From a virus (taxonomy: Duplodnaviria > Caudoviricetes), in the IMG/VR virus record IMGVR_UViG_3300040979_000011, positions 1-60,531 of that record: a stretch of 60,531 nt of DNA; one strand, given 5' to 3'. Under the pieces are notes generated by a model that had not been told where the DNA came from, made no database searches, and saw only the letters and a list, made by a program, of their open reading frames with translations. Below, in pieces: positions 46,326-55,995 of the stretch (positions within the stretch are counted from its first letter, which is position 1; every line of letters starts with the position of its first letter). The position numbers and the translations under genes are program-made.

Positions 46326-47527
46326 TGAAACTTGAGCCTCATCCAATCGCACTCTGCTATCCGCCCTTGAGCGAGGTGGATTTTTGCGACTTGAAGGAGA
46401 GCATCCAGAAAAACGGCCAACTCAATCCCATTACCTTATATGAAGGCAAGGTGTTGGACGGCACTCAACGTCAGCGTGCTTGTAATGAGCTTGGGATCGA
46501 GTCCAAGACAATCAGTCCCCAAATTGATGATCCAGTTGCTTATGTTGTTAATCAGAACGAACGACGACGTCATTTAACCAAACTCCAAAGAACTGAAGTG
46601 GCTGCACGCCTCGTAGGGCTTAAATGGGGGACTAATCAGTATGCGCAAAAAGTGGAGTCCTCGCGTGAGGACTCCACTTTTCCATTTACAAAAGCAGCTA
46701 AACTGATGGGCGTTAGCGAGCCGCAGGTGTCGCGATTTAGAAAGGTGCTTAAGTCGGGTGTACCGGAGTTGATGCAAGCGGTGAAAGAGAAACGAGTCAA
46801 CCTTGATATCGCGAGCAAAATCGCCAAAGCCTCTCCCGATCAACAGCGGCTAGAGCTGACACGACCTCCCAATGTTCTTAGGGCACAATTCTCACCGCGA
46901 AATAAAAAGGAAGTTAAGGTAATTGATCCCAAGCAAGATGAGCTTTTGGCTGAGATCAACGCGCCCAGCATTTTCCCAAAAGGGTTGCCGCTCCCGGTTC
47001 ATCCGACCAGACCTGACCACACGAAAATCATTCAGGAGGCGATCCTGACTCTGCAAAGAAACGAGCCGGAGATTGCGCGGTTGCAATCGCGGAAACAACT
47101 CAACGAAAAGATCTGGGTCTACACGCAATGTATCCAGACTTATGCGCTCAAGATGGAGGATAGAACGACCGGCCCGATCGATCTGTCCTGGATTCGCTGG
47201 GCTCAATCGGTTGCCGACAAATACCGGCGACGAGAAGAGATGTTTCTTCGGCAGGAACGGAGGGCCGGGACGCTGAGTAAAGAGCGGCAACCAGAACCGC
47301 CAAAGAGACGCTTCGTAGAAAAGGGTTATCAGGGCCGATTCAAACGCTTAAGTATCGAATACAAGCGCTTGCTACGAAAAATGGGTTTCAGTTTGGCTGA
47401 CGAAACTCAGCTCCTAGGCGACATCCAAAAGCTGACCAAAAGTTATTTCGAAGCATTTCGGGGACCGCAGGATCGCAATGGTTCTGTGCCCGCCTCGCAA
47501 CCATCGGAGCTATGTGCTCCGCATTAA
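46326..47527 (+). CDS. ParB N-terminal domain + HTH protein
   Basis: HPIA...LKESIQKNGQLNPI...LDGTQRQRAC...N.RRRHLT..QR; HTH AAKLMGVSEPQVSR. Confidence 0.85.
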
Positions 47528-47547
47528 AAAAATGGAGCTAGAAGCTC

Positions 47548-48450
47548 ATGAAAGACCCAAAGGATCCAAAAGATCCCAACGATATTCCGCCGGAAGCGGA
47601 ATCACCACCACCTCTGATAGATTTACCTCCTCCTCCGCCCGAATTTCGAAGCGGTCCAGAGAAGTTCGATCCAGAGCGGTGTGGGGAGCTGGTTAAGCAT
47701 GGGAGTAGGTATCAACGTCCGCCAAGCATGGCGACGGTACGGAGATACGCTCGCGATCTCCGTAACGGAAGATGGCGCTGGAATGCAGCCCCAATCCGTT
47801 TTGATGGAGTCGATGAACACGGACATCCAAAGATGGTGGACGGATTTCATCGCTGTATGGCAGTTATAGAAGCAAACGTTACCGTTTACTTCTTTTGCAC
47901 CTATGGCATCAGCTTGGAAGCGATGCATACGACTGACACAGGCCGTACGCGTTCGCTGGCTCAGCAGTTTTACCTAAACGGCGTACAAGCGCCGAAAGTG
48001 GCTGCTGATATCATCAAGTTGTTGGCGGTTTATCGTCTCAACCCCAAGCGCGGATTCTCTGGTCCATTATCGAGTGATTCAGAGTATCACGAGTGCCTAG
48101 AGGCTAATCCTGGAGTACGGGATATCGCCAAAGAGTATGTGCGTCAATTACCGAAAAATTTGTCGGATGGCCTGATCGGCTGCGCTCACTACCTGTTCGC
48201 AGAAAAAGATCCGGTTGCCGCCAAAAGCTTCTGTGATGCCGTTGTTTCGGGTGAACATCTCGCTATCGGCGAACCAGCCTACGAATTCCGCGAGTGGGTA
48301 ATCTCGCTGGATAAAAAGACCGAAAGAGTCAGTACGGCCAAGATCGGTAATGTGTTGGTCGATTGCTGGAACAAATTCGCTGAAGGCAAACGCGTTACTC
48401 GAATCAGGATCCCGCGCCAGTGTCCCGAGATCCTTAGCCCCCAACATTAA
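47548..48450 (+). CDS. Second, unrelated-subfamily ParB-like protein
   Basis: QRP.S...VRRYARDL..GRW..N..PI.F...VDGFHRC.AV...DTG..RS. Confidence 0.75.
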   Translation: MKDPKDPKDPNDIPPEAESPPPLIDLPPPPPEFRSGPEKFDPERCGELVKHGSRYQRPPSMATVRRYARDLRNGRWRWNAAPIRFDGVDEHGHPKMVDGFHRCMAVIEANVTVYFFCTYGISLEAMHTTDTGRTRSLAQQFYLNGVQAPKVAADIIKLLAVYRLNPKRGFSGPLSSDSEYHECLEANPGVRDIAKEYVRQLPKNLSDGLIGCAHYLFAEKDPVAAKSFCDAVVSGEHLAIGEPAYEFREWVISLDKKTERVSTAKIGNVLVDCWNKFAEGKRVTRIRIPRQCPEILSPQH

Positions 48451-48576
48451 GCCTCGGTAAAACCCCGCCTCTTCTCGGACTAAACGGGAAGAGGCGGCTG
48501 CTAACGATCGATTGGCAAAAATCCAAGTCCTCAAATGAGGACTTGAAAATCTCACGCGCAAAAGAGGCAATCCTAA

Positions 48577-48888
48577 ATGCTGGTCACTGAAGAAAGTTTC
48601 AAGCTTGATCCTTCAAGGACGCAGGAACGTATCGAAGCCTACTTGGAAATAGGTTTGAGTCTCGAGGAGGCGAAGAAAGCGGCTGAGAACGATAACCTCG
48701 ATTTTTTTGAGACTAGGTTTCCCTACCCAGATAGCTGCCCGTGCTGTGGGAAAAAAGTCACCGTGCCTTTCGTTTACTGGAATATGTCTATTGCTGAAGG
48801 AGGCATTTCCTTGCATTTGGAATGTGCCAGCCATCTTGGAAGTAATCTCCTGCTCGATGTGGCGAGGGATAAAGTGAAGCGCCGCTAG
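48577..48888 (+). CDS. Hypothetical zinc-binding protein
   Basis: CPCC...LHLECA. Confidence 0.55.
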   Translation: MLVTEESFKLDPSRTQERIEAYLEIGLSLEEAKKAAENDNLDFFETRFPYPDSCPCCGKKVTVPFVYWNMSIAEGGISLHLECASHLGSNLLLDVARDKVKRR

Positions 48889-49157
48889 CGGTCGCGACGA
48901 CCCATCTGGCGAGAAAGGAGTTCTTGCCACCACTGCGAGACCAGCTCGCGCCGGAAACGCCATTTGCCACCTTTCTCGTTTTGGAAAGCGCCGTCGATTC
49001 TGCCTTTCCGCACCCAATCGCGCAGAGTCGTAATGCTGATCCCAGAGAGTTCAGCCAGCTCATAAAGATCGATACTCTTGCGGTGATCACCGGGCGGGAA
49101 AAGCGCAGGGATTTGCTGGTCGAGCCCCTTCGAATCGAAATGAAATTTCCTTGGCAT
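48885..49157 (-). CDS. Excisionase-like HTH protein
   Basis: ELAELSGISITTLRDWVRKGRI...GGKWRF; divergent from the integrase. Confidence 0.75.
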   Translation of the reverse strand: MPRKFHFDSKGLDQQIPALFPPGDHRKSIDLYELAELSGISITTLRDWVRKGRIDGAFQNEKGGKWRFRRELVSQWWQELLSRQMGRRDR

Positions 49158-49402
49158 GAGGGTGTTCTATCACGCTTTCGCACTGCCGCAACTTCTCGCA
49201 GATTTGGTATCAGCTTCTGTATCAAATCGGGGCGCTAAAAGCCCTTTCTCCTGGGGAACAGCTCGTCCCTCCGGGACGAGCGGACACCAAAAATTGCCCC
49301 AGGCAAGCTCTGTCTCCTAGGAGCGGTGAAAATTCTGTATATAAAAAGTGTGAATCCTGTTGATCTTTGACCGATCATACTGTATCATCTGCACAATCGT
49401 AT

Positions 49403-50662
49403 ATGAAAAGACTGACTGCTAAAGTTCTCGACTTCACCCAAGAGGGTTCACGCCAACGCTATCAGGTAGTGATCCCTGGCTACCTCAACAGCGGCAAACG
49501 ATGGTTTCGCCGCTTTATCAGCAAAGACGACGCGATCGCCTTTGCCGAAGATCTGACCCGTGACCCGGCTGGTACCATTGCCGAGCTGCGCGGGCTCGCC
49601 GCTGGCAGCCGCCCTGCACCCTTTACCCGCATCGATCGCAACGACGCCGAGTATCTGCTCAGAGGTTTTCGCGAGAAGTTCGGCACTGCCGATATCACCG
49701 TGGGACTCAAGGCTTTTGACGAGTATTACCGGACGCATATCGCCACCGTTCAGATTTCAGTAGCCGATGCCGTCAAGGAGTACTTCGAGCATCGCAAGCT
49801 GGTGGCGCTCAACCCGGCCACGATCTCTGATGACCAATACCGACTGGCTAAGTTCGTCGCCAAGTTCGGGCATCTGCCACTGGCCAGCGTCACGACCAAT
49901 GACCTGCGCCAATACCTCAACGGCATTCCACTGACCGACGAGGGCAAAGCTTCTAATCGCATCGGAGCCCGCAAAAAAATTGGGCCGTTCTACACCTGGG
50001 CGGTCAATGAGCGCAAATATCTGAAGGAAAATCCGATCCTGGCGATCAGCAAGAAAAGCCTGGGCGAGATGGGAGTGAACAATGAGTTCTACGCAGTCGA
50101 GAAATTTGAGCACATGCTCAGCGCCGTCTGGACGATGCCGGAATTCCGCGAGACGCTTTTTCCTTGGTTCATCGTCTCGGCTTTCGGTGGGGTGCGCAGC
50201 GATGAAGTTGCCCGCCAGAGCAAGGATGCCGATGCGCTGCGCTGGAGCGATATCTATTGGAATGCGGAAACGCCGAACATCCACATCCGCAAGGAAGTCG
50301 GCAAGGGTGGTAAGGAGCGGCACATTGACGCGAGCTGGGCGACGGAGTGCCTGCAAGCGTGGCTGGCCTTCGCCCCTCGCTCCAACGGTGAGTTTGTGTG
50401 CGCGACTCAAAGTCAGATTGATTCGGCGAAAGCGCGTTTCACCAACCTAACCGGCATCAAGTTAAACCCTAACGGGTTTCGTAATTCCTTCGCCACCTAC
50501 GGTTGTGCGTTGACTGGCAGCGTCTCAATCGTCTCGAAGCAAATGGGCAATAGTCCTCAAGTCGCCGAGCGCCATTACATCAAGTCGTTGCCAAGCGGAC
50601 GCGGAAAAGCGTTCTTCGGCCTTCGTCCTTTGAAATTGGTTACCGAAGAAGCGGCGGCCTAA
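49403..50662 (+). CDS. int: Tyrosine recombinase / phage integrase
   Basis: GGVRSDE, KGGKER, NGFRNSFATY, MGNS, ERHY catalytic motifs; SAM-like N-terminal region. Confidence 0.9.
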   Translation: MKRLTAKVLDFTQEGSRQRYQVVIPGYLNSGKRWFRRFISKDDAIAFAEDLTRDPAGTIAELRGLAAGSRPAPFTRIDRNDAEYLLRGFREKFGTADITVGLKAFDEYYRTHIATVQISVADAVKEYFEHRKLVALNPATISDDQYRLAKFVAKFGHLPLASVTTNDLRQYLNGIPLTDEGKASNRIGARKKIGPFYTWAVNERKYLKENPILAISKKSLGEMGVNNEFYAVEKFEHMLSAVWTMPEFRETLFPWFIVSAFGGVRSDEVARQSKDADALRWSDIYWNAETPNIHIRKEVGKGGKERHIDASWATECLQAWLAFAPRSNGEFVCATQSQIDSAKARFTNLTGIKLNPNGFRNSFATYGCALTGSVSIVSKQMGNSPQVAERHYIKSLPSGRGKAFFGLRPLKLVTEEAAA

Positions 50663-51036
50663 CTCCAGCCGTGATTCTCGGTCCCAGGTCGAGGAGTGGC
50701 GACATCCCACTCCTCGTCTCCCATCCAAATAATACCGTAAGTAGTCGCAACACTGTAGGGCCCGGCCGAGCTGGGTCCTTTGACTGTGAACTGGCCAGCT
50801 TGAGTCGGTTTGTAGGGAGTTGTTCGGTGCACGATAGCGATCTGGGCAACGCGCGGCAGAGCTTTGTAGGTCTTAGAGTACCGGTCGACGCAATAAAGCG
50901 GCTGGAGGCGATTCTGAGCGGGCCAGACGGTTCCCGGCGCTTTCACGCAAGGCGCTTTAGGCCAGCCAGAGAATTTGCCGCAGCCTGAGTACGGACTCTT
51001 AAAGAGGATGCTCTGGATTATCGGTACTTCGTTCAT
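50659..51036 (-). CDS. Hypothetical protein
   Basis: Coupled to the upstream gene. Confidence 0.5.
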   Translation of the reverse strand: MNEVPIIQSILFKSPYSGCGKFSGWPKAPCVKAPGTVWPAQNRLQPLYCVDRYSKTYKALPRVAQIAIVHRTTPYKPTQAGQFTVKGPSSAGPYSVATTYGIIWMGDEEWDVATPRPGTENHGWS

Positions 51037-51759
51037 ACTCTGAGAAGTCGGCGCGCAGCTTCGCGGCCGTCGCGAGTTTTAATCCCGTGAAAGAGCGCTG
51101 GCCTGACGCCATTTTTCTGGATCGTAAGCAACTCTTCATAAGTCATCCCATGCCGGTTCCAATGCTGGAAAATCAGATTAGAATCAACCGACATAGCCAA
51201 GAACCGGTCGCGGAAGAAATAATCCCAGCCCTGACATCCACTGCCGACGATCCAAGTCGGATGTTCATCAAAGAACGTTGTTCTGAAAACGGCGTTGCCG
51301 TTCATGTGAAGGCCGTCTGGCCCCAGGTCGTGCCAATGACCAAAGGCTTCTTTGCCAAGGGCGCAGACTCGGTCCCACTCGGCGCTGAGTTGGTCAATCC
51401 AATTGCGCGCCATCGGGATGCAGTCAGGTTCGAACAACAAAAACCCGGAGTTCTGACAAAGGCCTTCGCGGCGCAGCAAGGTCATTTCGATAAAGGCGCT
51501 GGCCGCTAACATATTGCAGCCACCCTGCTTACGGCCAGCCTTCGTCATAATTGCGTGCCTGCCTAGCAGCAACTCGCTCAAAATGACGACCGGCTAGCTT
51601 TTCAAACTCCTTCCCAAGCCACAATGGGCAGTCTTTTCGATAAATGAGGAAAAACTCGGTTCCTTCGCGTCTCTTGGGCTCGCACCAGCAGATGAGCTGG
51701 GTGAGCTCGGCGGTCGCATCCATGTCAAAGGGACTGCACTGTAAACACAAACTGATCAT
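51033..51759 (-). pseudogene. Glycosyltransferase-like gene apparently split by a stop and frameshift near 51530
   Basis: 5' ORF ends ...DEGWP-TAA and the reading continues in another frame as GGCNMLA...LLFEPDCIP...W. Confidence 0.5.
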
Positions 51760-51941
51760 CGCCGGATCTAAAAGTCTTCTGTTTGCTGGTTCAGTCTATC
51801 GATAACCTTACGTCCGTTATCCCAGAGACGTTTGTGCTCAAGTGAGCAGAATTTGTAAATGCGGTCTCCGACTTTCAGGGGTTCGCGCATCGGTTCTCCG
51901 CAGAGCATGCACGTGCGGATATATTCAGCTTGTTTAGTCAT

Positions 51942-53420
51942 TTAAGTTACAAGCACATCATGTCCATGATGACCAGCTGCGACCGATTCTGGGGGGAACG
52001 GCGAAAAGTTCTTGTAGCCGAGCTGGCGTAGGTAACCATAGAAATCCTCTTCACTAATTCCGGCGGCAGCGAAAGCGCTTGGCTGAGTTTCGATAAAGAG
52101 CGCCGGGCGCTCCTTAAGCAGGAGCTTCTCGGCACCTTTGAGCACGCCCAGTTCGCCGCCTTCAACATCGATCTTGATGAAGCTGACCGACCTATCCAAA
52201 GGCACACTGTCCAAGGTAACTACATCAACTGAGAACCCATTCCTGTCACCGAACAGGTTCCCGAGCAAGCTCGCTCCCGCGATGTTACTGGGGTTACAGT
52301 AAAGTTTGGTTTTTCCATTGGTTGCTCCGACCGCCTTCTGGACACGCACAACGCGAGCTAGGTCGCTATCTTCGTTGGCAGCTTTTTTTACGTTGGCTTC
52401 CAGGCAATCGAAGACGACTGGAAAAGGTTCAAAGGAAATCACGATACCGGTCGGGCCCAACGCGCGCGCCATCGGCACAGTGAAATTTCCGATATGGGCT
52501 CCGACATCGATAGCAAGCGAGCCGGGTGTCAGATAAGGCCGAATAAATTCTTGCGGTGAACCACTGGGATCGACGTCCAGCTTGCCGCCGCGAATCACGA
52601 ACCCACTGTGACCTTCAGGATCGCCACTGAGAACAGTCCAGCCTTCTTGAGTCATCATTTTGGTGGGTGGCCCGGTCAACATTCGATCGAACTCAGCTTG
52701 TCGCTCCAAGCTCCAGTCACTCCAGCTATGGTACTGCTTGACTGGCCAGTTCGGCGCTTCAGTAACGGAGCGCAGAACGTAGCGGTCAGGCTCATGAAGA
52801 GCGGCATAAAATCCGATCACGTTATGCTCAGAAATCTTGAACGGATGGTGAAAAAAGTTAGCCGGATTATATGGGGTATCGCTATAGAGGCTGTCGAGCA
52901 GGTTGTAGCCGGTCCTGGCTGTGATCAGCCGGCGCACCGCAGCGATCGTGGAAGCCCGGTAGAGAAAAGGGAAACGCTGCATATAATCGGCGCGCGGTTT
53001 AACCCGCAGCCAATACTCCATGCGCGGGCCCCACATCTGTTGAGCCATAGTGGGGGCGCTATCATCATAAGACCGAAAGTAGATGATGGGTTTGCCATCC
53101 TGCATCTGATCACTAGCCCGCATGGGCTCAAAGAGCATCGTGTCAGAATCAAAGACCGCGAAGAGCTCGGCGTCACTAAAGTGATCGGCCAAGAGCGTCA
53201 AGAAACACTGGAACTGATTTCCATCAGGCCAGGGATGAGCGTAGAAATATTTAACTCGCGAGCTAAAGCCCCAGCTCTGGATTACCTCCTGACACTGGGG
53301 CTCAGCTAGTACGATGATTTGCGAATTGGGCTCTAACCAATTGCGTTCCAAAAAACGCAAGCAATACGAAACCCAACAGAGGTCATTCCACCAAGTTTTG
53401 ATGAGGACATCGCATCTCAT
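51942..53420 (-). CDS. Glycosyltransferase-like domain fused to FkbM-family methyltransferase
   Basis: N-terminal FDSD (DxD); C-terminal IDVGAHIG, FEPFP, FIKIDVEGGE. Confidence 0.85.
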   Translation of the reverse strand: MRCDVLIKTWWNDLCWVSYCLRFLERNWLEPNSQIIVLAEPQCQEVIQSWGFSSRVKYFYAHPWPDGNQFQCFLTLLADHFSDAELFAVFDSDTMLFEPMRASDQMQDGKPIIYFRSYDDSAPTMAQQMWGPRMEYWLRVKPRADYMQRFPFLYRASTIAAVRRLITARTGYNLLDSLYSDTPYNPANFFHHPFKISEHNVIGFYAALHEPDRYVLRSVTEAPNWPVKQYHSWSDWSLERQAEFDRMLTGPPTKMMTQEGWTVLSGDPEGHSGFVIRGGKLDVDPSGSPQEFIRPYLTPGSLAIDVGAHIGNFTVPMARALGPTGIVISFEPFPVVFDCLEANVKKAANEDSDLARVVRVQKAVGATNGKTKLYCNPSNIAGASLLGNLFGDRNGFSVDVVTLDSVPLDRSVSFIKIDVEGGELGVLKGAEKLLLKERPALFIETQPSAFAAAGISEEDFYGYLRQLGYKNFSPFPPESVAAGHHGHDVLVT

Positions 53421-53434
53421 CGTATTGAGGGGAT

Positions 53435-54145
53435 TTATCTCTGCGGAATCGGGACCTGGAACGTTTTGCCAGGACCAAGTGAGACGTGGATCGTGACGGT
53501 ACCCGGCGGCAACACAATCGGATGCTCTGGGGTGAGTCCGTCACCTCCACCTTCTTCCGGCGGCAATACGATCGGATGAGAAGGACTAATCGGTATGTAA
53601 ATGGGATGCTCAGGCGTCCCTTCCGGCGGAATGACGATCGGATGTTCCGGCGCGATTGGGACGTAAATCGGATGCTCGGGTTTACCGATTGGCAGATAAA
53701 TCGGATGTTCGGGGCCGATGGGCGGCAGCACGATCGGATGAGTCGGAAAAACTGGATTATAAATCGGATGTTCAGGGCTTCCCGGCGGTAACGCGATTGG
53801 ATGAGTCGGTACTCCTGGGGCAGCTCCTTCCGGCGGCAGTACGATCGGATGAGCGGGCTCGACTGGAATATAAATCGGATGAGTCGGATCACCCGGCGAA
53901 GGCAAGTAGATCGGATGTTCGGCGGTCGGCGGCACGATCACAATCGGATGCGAGGGGTAAATCGGAATGTAAATCGGATGGCTCGGTTCGCCACCACTGG
54001 GCGGCACGATCGGGATATAGATCGGATGAGCGGGGTGTCCGGGCGACGGCCAGATCTCTGGAGGCGGCCCACCGGGTGCGATGGGATGAGTTGGGAGTGC
54101 CGGAGGTCCTTCTACCCAGGTAATAATGCAGGGTTTGGATGGCAT
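53435..54145 (-). CDS. Pro-rich protein with 16 HPI repeats
   Basis: Repeated P(E/T/S/A)HPI(Y/V/A)xP. Confidence 0.75.
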   Translation of the reverse strand: MPSKPCIITWVEGPPALPTHPIAPGGPPPEIWPSPGHPAHPIYIPIVPPSGGEPSHPIYIPIYPSHPIVIVPPTAEHPIYLPSPGDPTHPIYIPVEPAHPIVLPPEGAAPGVPTHPIALPPGSPEHPIYNPVFPTHPIVLPPIGPEHPIYLPIGKPEHPIYVPIAPEHPIVIPPEGTPEHPIYIPISPSHPIVLPPEEGGGDGLTPEHPIVLPPGTVTIHVSLGPGKTFQVPIPQR

Positions 54146-54170
54146 GATTTTTCTTTCGCTTTTTTATTTT

Positions 54171-55571
54171 TTAGAAAGCCGCCACAGGGGCGGTGTGTTC
54201 GGGCATGAACGCAACGTTGCCCACATGCCCGCATACTAATTGCGTATCCAGCCAAATAGGAATTGAGCAAGCTTTAATTCGCGTACAGAAGGCTTCATCT
54301 TCACCTTCGTCACCGATCGGTTGAAAGAAACGCCAGGGGCCGTACTCGACTTGCGGCGCAAGCTCGGGGAAACGCCGTTGCACTTCCACAAAGACTTCCC
54401 GGTGCACCAGCGCACAACCGAATCCGATCCAATCTACTTCGACCAGTCCGCGCGCGGTGCCTTTCCTCAAATCGTTACAAAGAAGTTTATCTTCATGACT
54501 ACGTGGCCGAATTTCGGGTTGAATAACCAGTTGACCGTGCCAACGGCGCGAAGCATAAACTCCACCAATGACGGCTTTGTTGTGCCCAGTTAGTCGCGCT
54601 AACACATCGTACCGACAGGCTTCATCTGGTATGGTAGTGCTGCCGGTAATCCACCGGTACCACTCGGCATTAGCAAGTGGGGGCACCATGTCGCTGTCTA
54701 ACCACAAACTCCACAGCGCTCCGCTATTAAGGAACCGCTGCGCTAGCATGTTGCGCGATCGATGGATCACGGTGTCAGATTGAATATCGAACCCCAGCTC
54801 GTATTTCTTAGCCAAGTAGACCAGCGCCCACATAAAGGGCAGTGTCGGCTGGCCCAGAATAGGAGAGCAGACCACTACATTGGTCTTGCCCCGGTTGGGC
54901 AAACTCTGGATTCCATTGCGATCGTGGACAGCGAAATGGGGCTCAAGTTCATCGGCTATCATCTCGGCCACACCGGGCCGTTTATGGAGGAATTTGTTGA
55001 TCGCCTGCAACGGGATAGCAGCTGGGTTCTTGAGCCAATTCTTCATGGTCGCGGCCGAGCGATCATAAAACTTCTGAGCACCCTCGCTATCTTCCCCGCC
55101 CAACTCGAAGATGTGATCCAAGAGCAGTTGGGCCAGATCGACTTTCTTCTTCTTTTCCGGCTTCGGCGGCTCAACCGGCGGCTCCGCCGTGCCAGTCGGC
55201 ACTTCGGGCTGGGTTGCCACCATCGGGTTGGAAGTAGTGCGACTGATCGGGCTCGCCGACTGCTCCACAAAGGTCCCGATACTGGTTCGGTTCGTCGGCT
55301 GGGGCGGCACCACAGCCATCGAAGGCGTTGGCATACCGCCCTCCTCTTTGGGCGGTACAACCGCCATGGACGGCGCTGGCTGACCACGTCCAACCAATTG
55401 CTGAATGATTACTCCAGGCGGGACCTCCTGGCCCTTCGGGATCTGGCCTTGCTGCTGGGCTGGCGGCGGCTTACCGCTTCCCGGATAATAGAATTCAGCC
55501 TCTTTGGTCGGCTCCGCTGTGGCGGCCTTTCCGTAGCGCGCCTCTAAACTATTTGCGTCAACTGTGATCAT
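54171..55571 (-). CDS. GT-A fold glycosyltransferase with Pro-rich N-terminus
   Basis: RSRNMLA, WLDSDM, GFGCALVHREVF, GEDEAFC, CGHVG. Confidence 0.8.
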   Translation of the reverse strand: MITVDANSLEARYGKAATAEPTKEAEFYYPGSGKPPPAQQQGQIPKGQEVPPGVIIQQLVGRGQPAPSMAVVPPKEEGGMPTPSMAVVPPQPTNRTSIGTFVEQSASPISRTTSNPMVATQPEVPTGTAEPPVEPPKPEKKKKVDLAQLLLDHIFELGGEDSEGAQKFYDRSAATMKNWLKNPAAIPLQAINKFLHKRPGVAEMIADELEPHFAVHDRNGIQSLPNRGKTNVVVCSPILGQPTLPFMWALVYLAKKYELGFDIQSDTVIHRSRNMLAQRFLNSGALWSLWLDSDMVPPLANAEWYRWITGSTTIPDEACRYDVLARLTGHNKAVIGGVYASRRWHGQLVIQPEIRPRSHEDKLLCNDLRKGTARGLVEVDWIGFGCALVHREVFVEVQRRFPELAPQVEYGPWRFFQPIGDEGEDEAFCTRIKACSIPIWLDTQLVCGHVGNVAFMPEHTAPVAAF

Positions 55572-55995
55572 ATGATCTTCTTGCCCTTTCTCGGGCGCAT
55601 GTTTTGCACTCCCGGTGTCCCGAGGAGTAACGATTTTCTTCGGTCAATGCATGACCGCGTTTGCAAAATTGCTTTTTTTGGAGACGCGGCCTTGGATTAT
55701 CTTGCCACCCAACCAATGCATTTCGGCTTCTGGTAACTTGCTCCAGATGGTCTGGATTGCAGCATGCACGTGTCCGACAGCGGTGATGCATGTTAGGCAG
55801 GTCAATCCGTCCCTTTAAGAGCCGGTAAACCGCACGATGAACCAGCCGCTCGCCAAGAATAGCGTAACGGTTCCAAAATCTGCCATAGCCATTCCAGTTC
55901 CAATCCCTGAGCCAGAGCCAACAGCCAGTGTTGGGCTCGATATAGATCCACTCGTGAAGCTCGAGAGGTAAATCACCTATTGCTGCCGCCTTCAT
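55558..55995 (-). CDS. HNH homing endonuclease
   Basis: IEPNTGCWLW...GYG...HHRCRTRACCNPDHLE...N, FCKRGH; paralog of 21183..21602. Confidence 0.85.
   Translation of the reverse strand: MKAAAIGDLPLELHEWIYIEPNTGCWLWLRDWNWNGYGRFWNRYAILGERLVHRAVYRLLKGRIDLPNMHHRCRTRACCNPDHLEQVTRSRNALVGWQDNPRPRLQKKQFCKRGHALTEENRYSSGHRECKTCARERARRSYDHS

Noticed and set aside
53500-54090. ATCGGATG DNA repeats as a second guide array
   Set aside because: Irregular spacing in multiples of three with synonymous variation; explained by the HPI protein repeat
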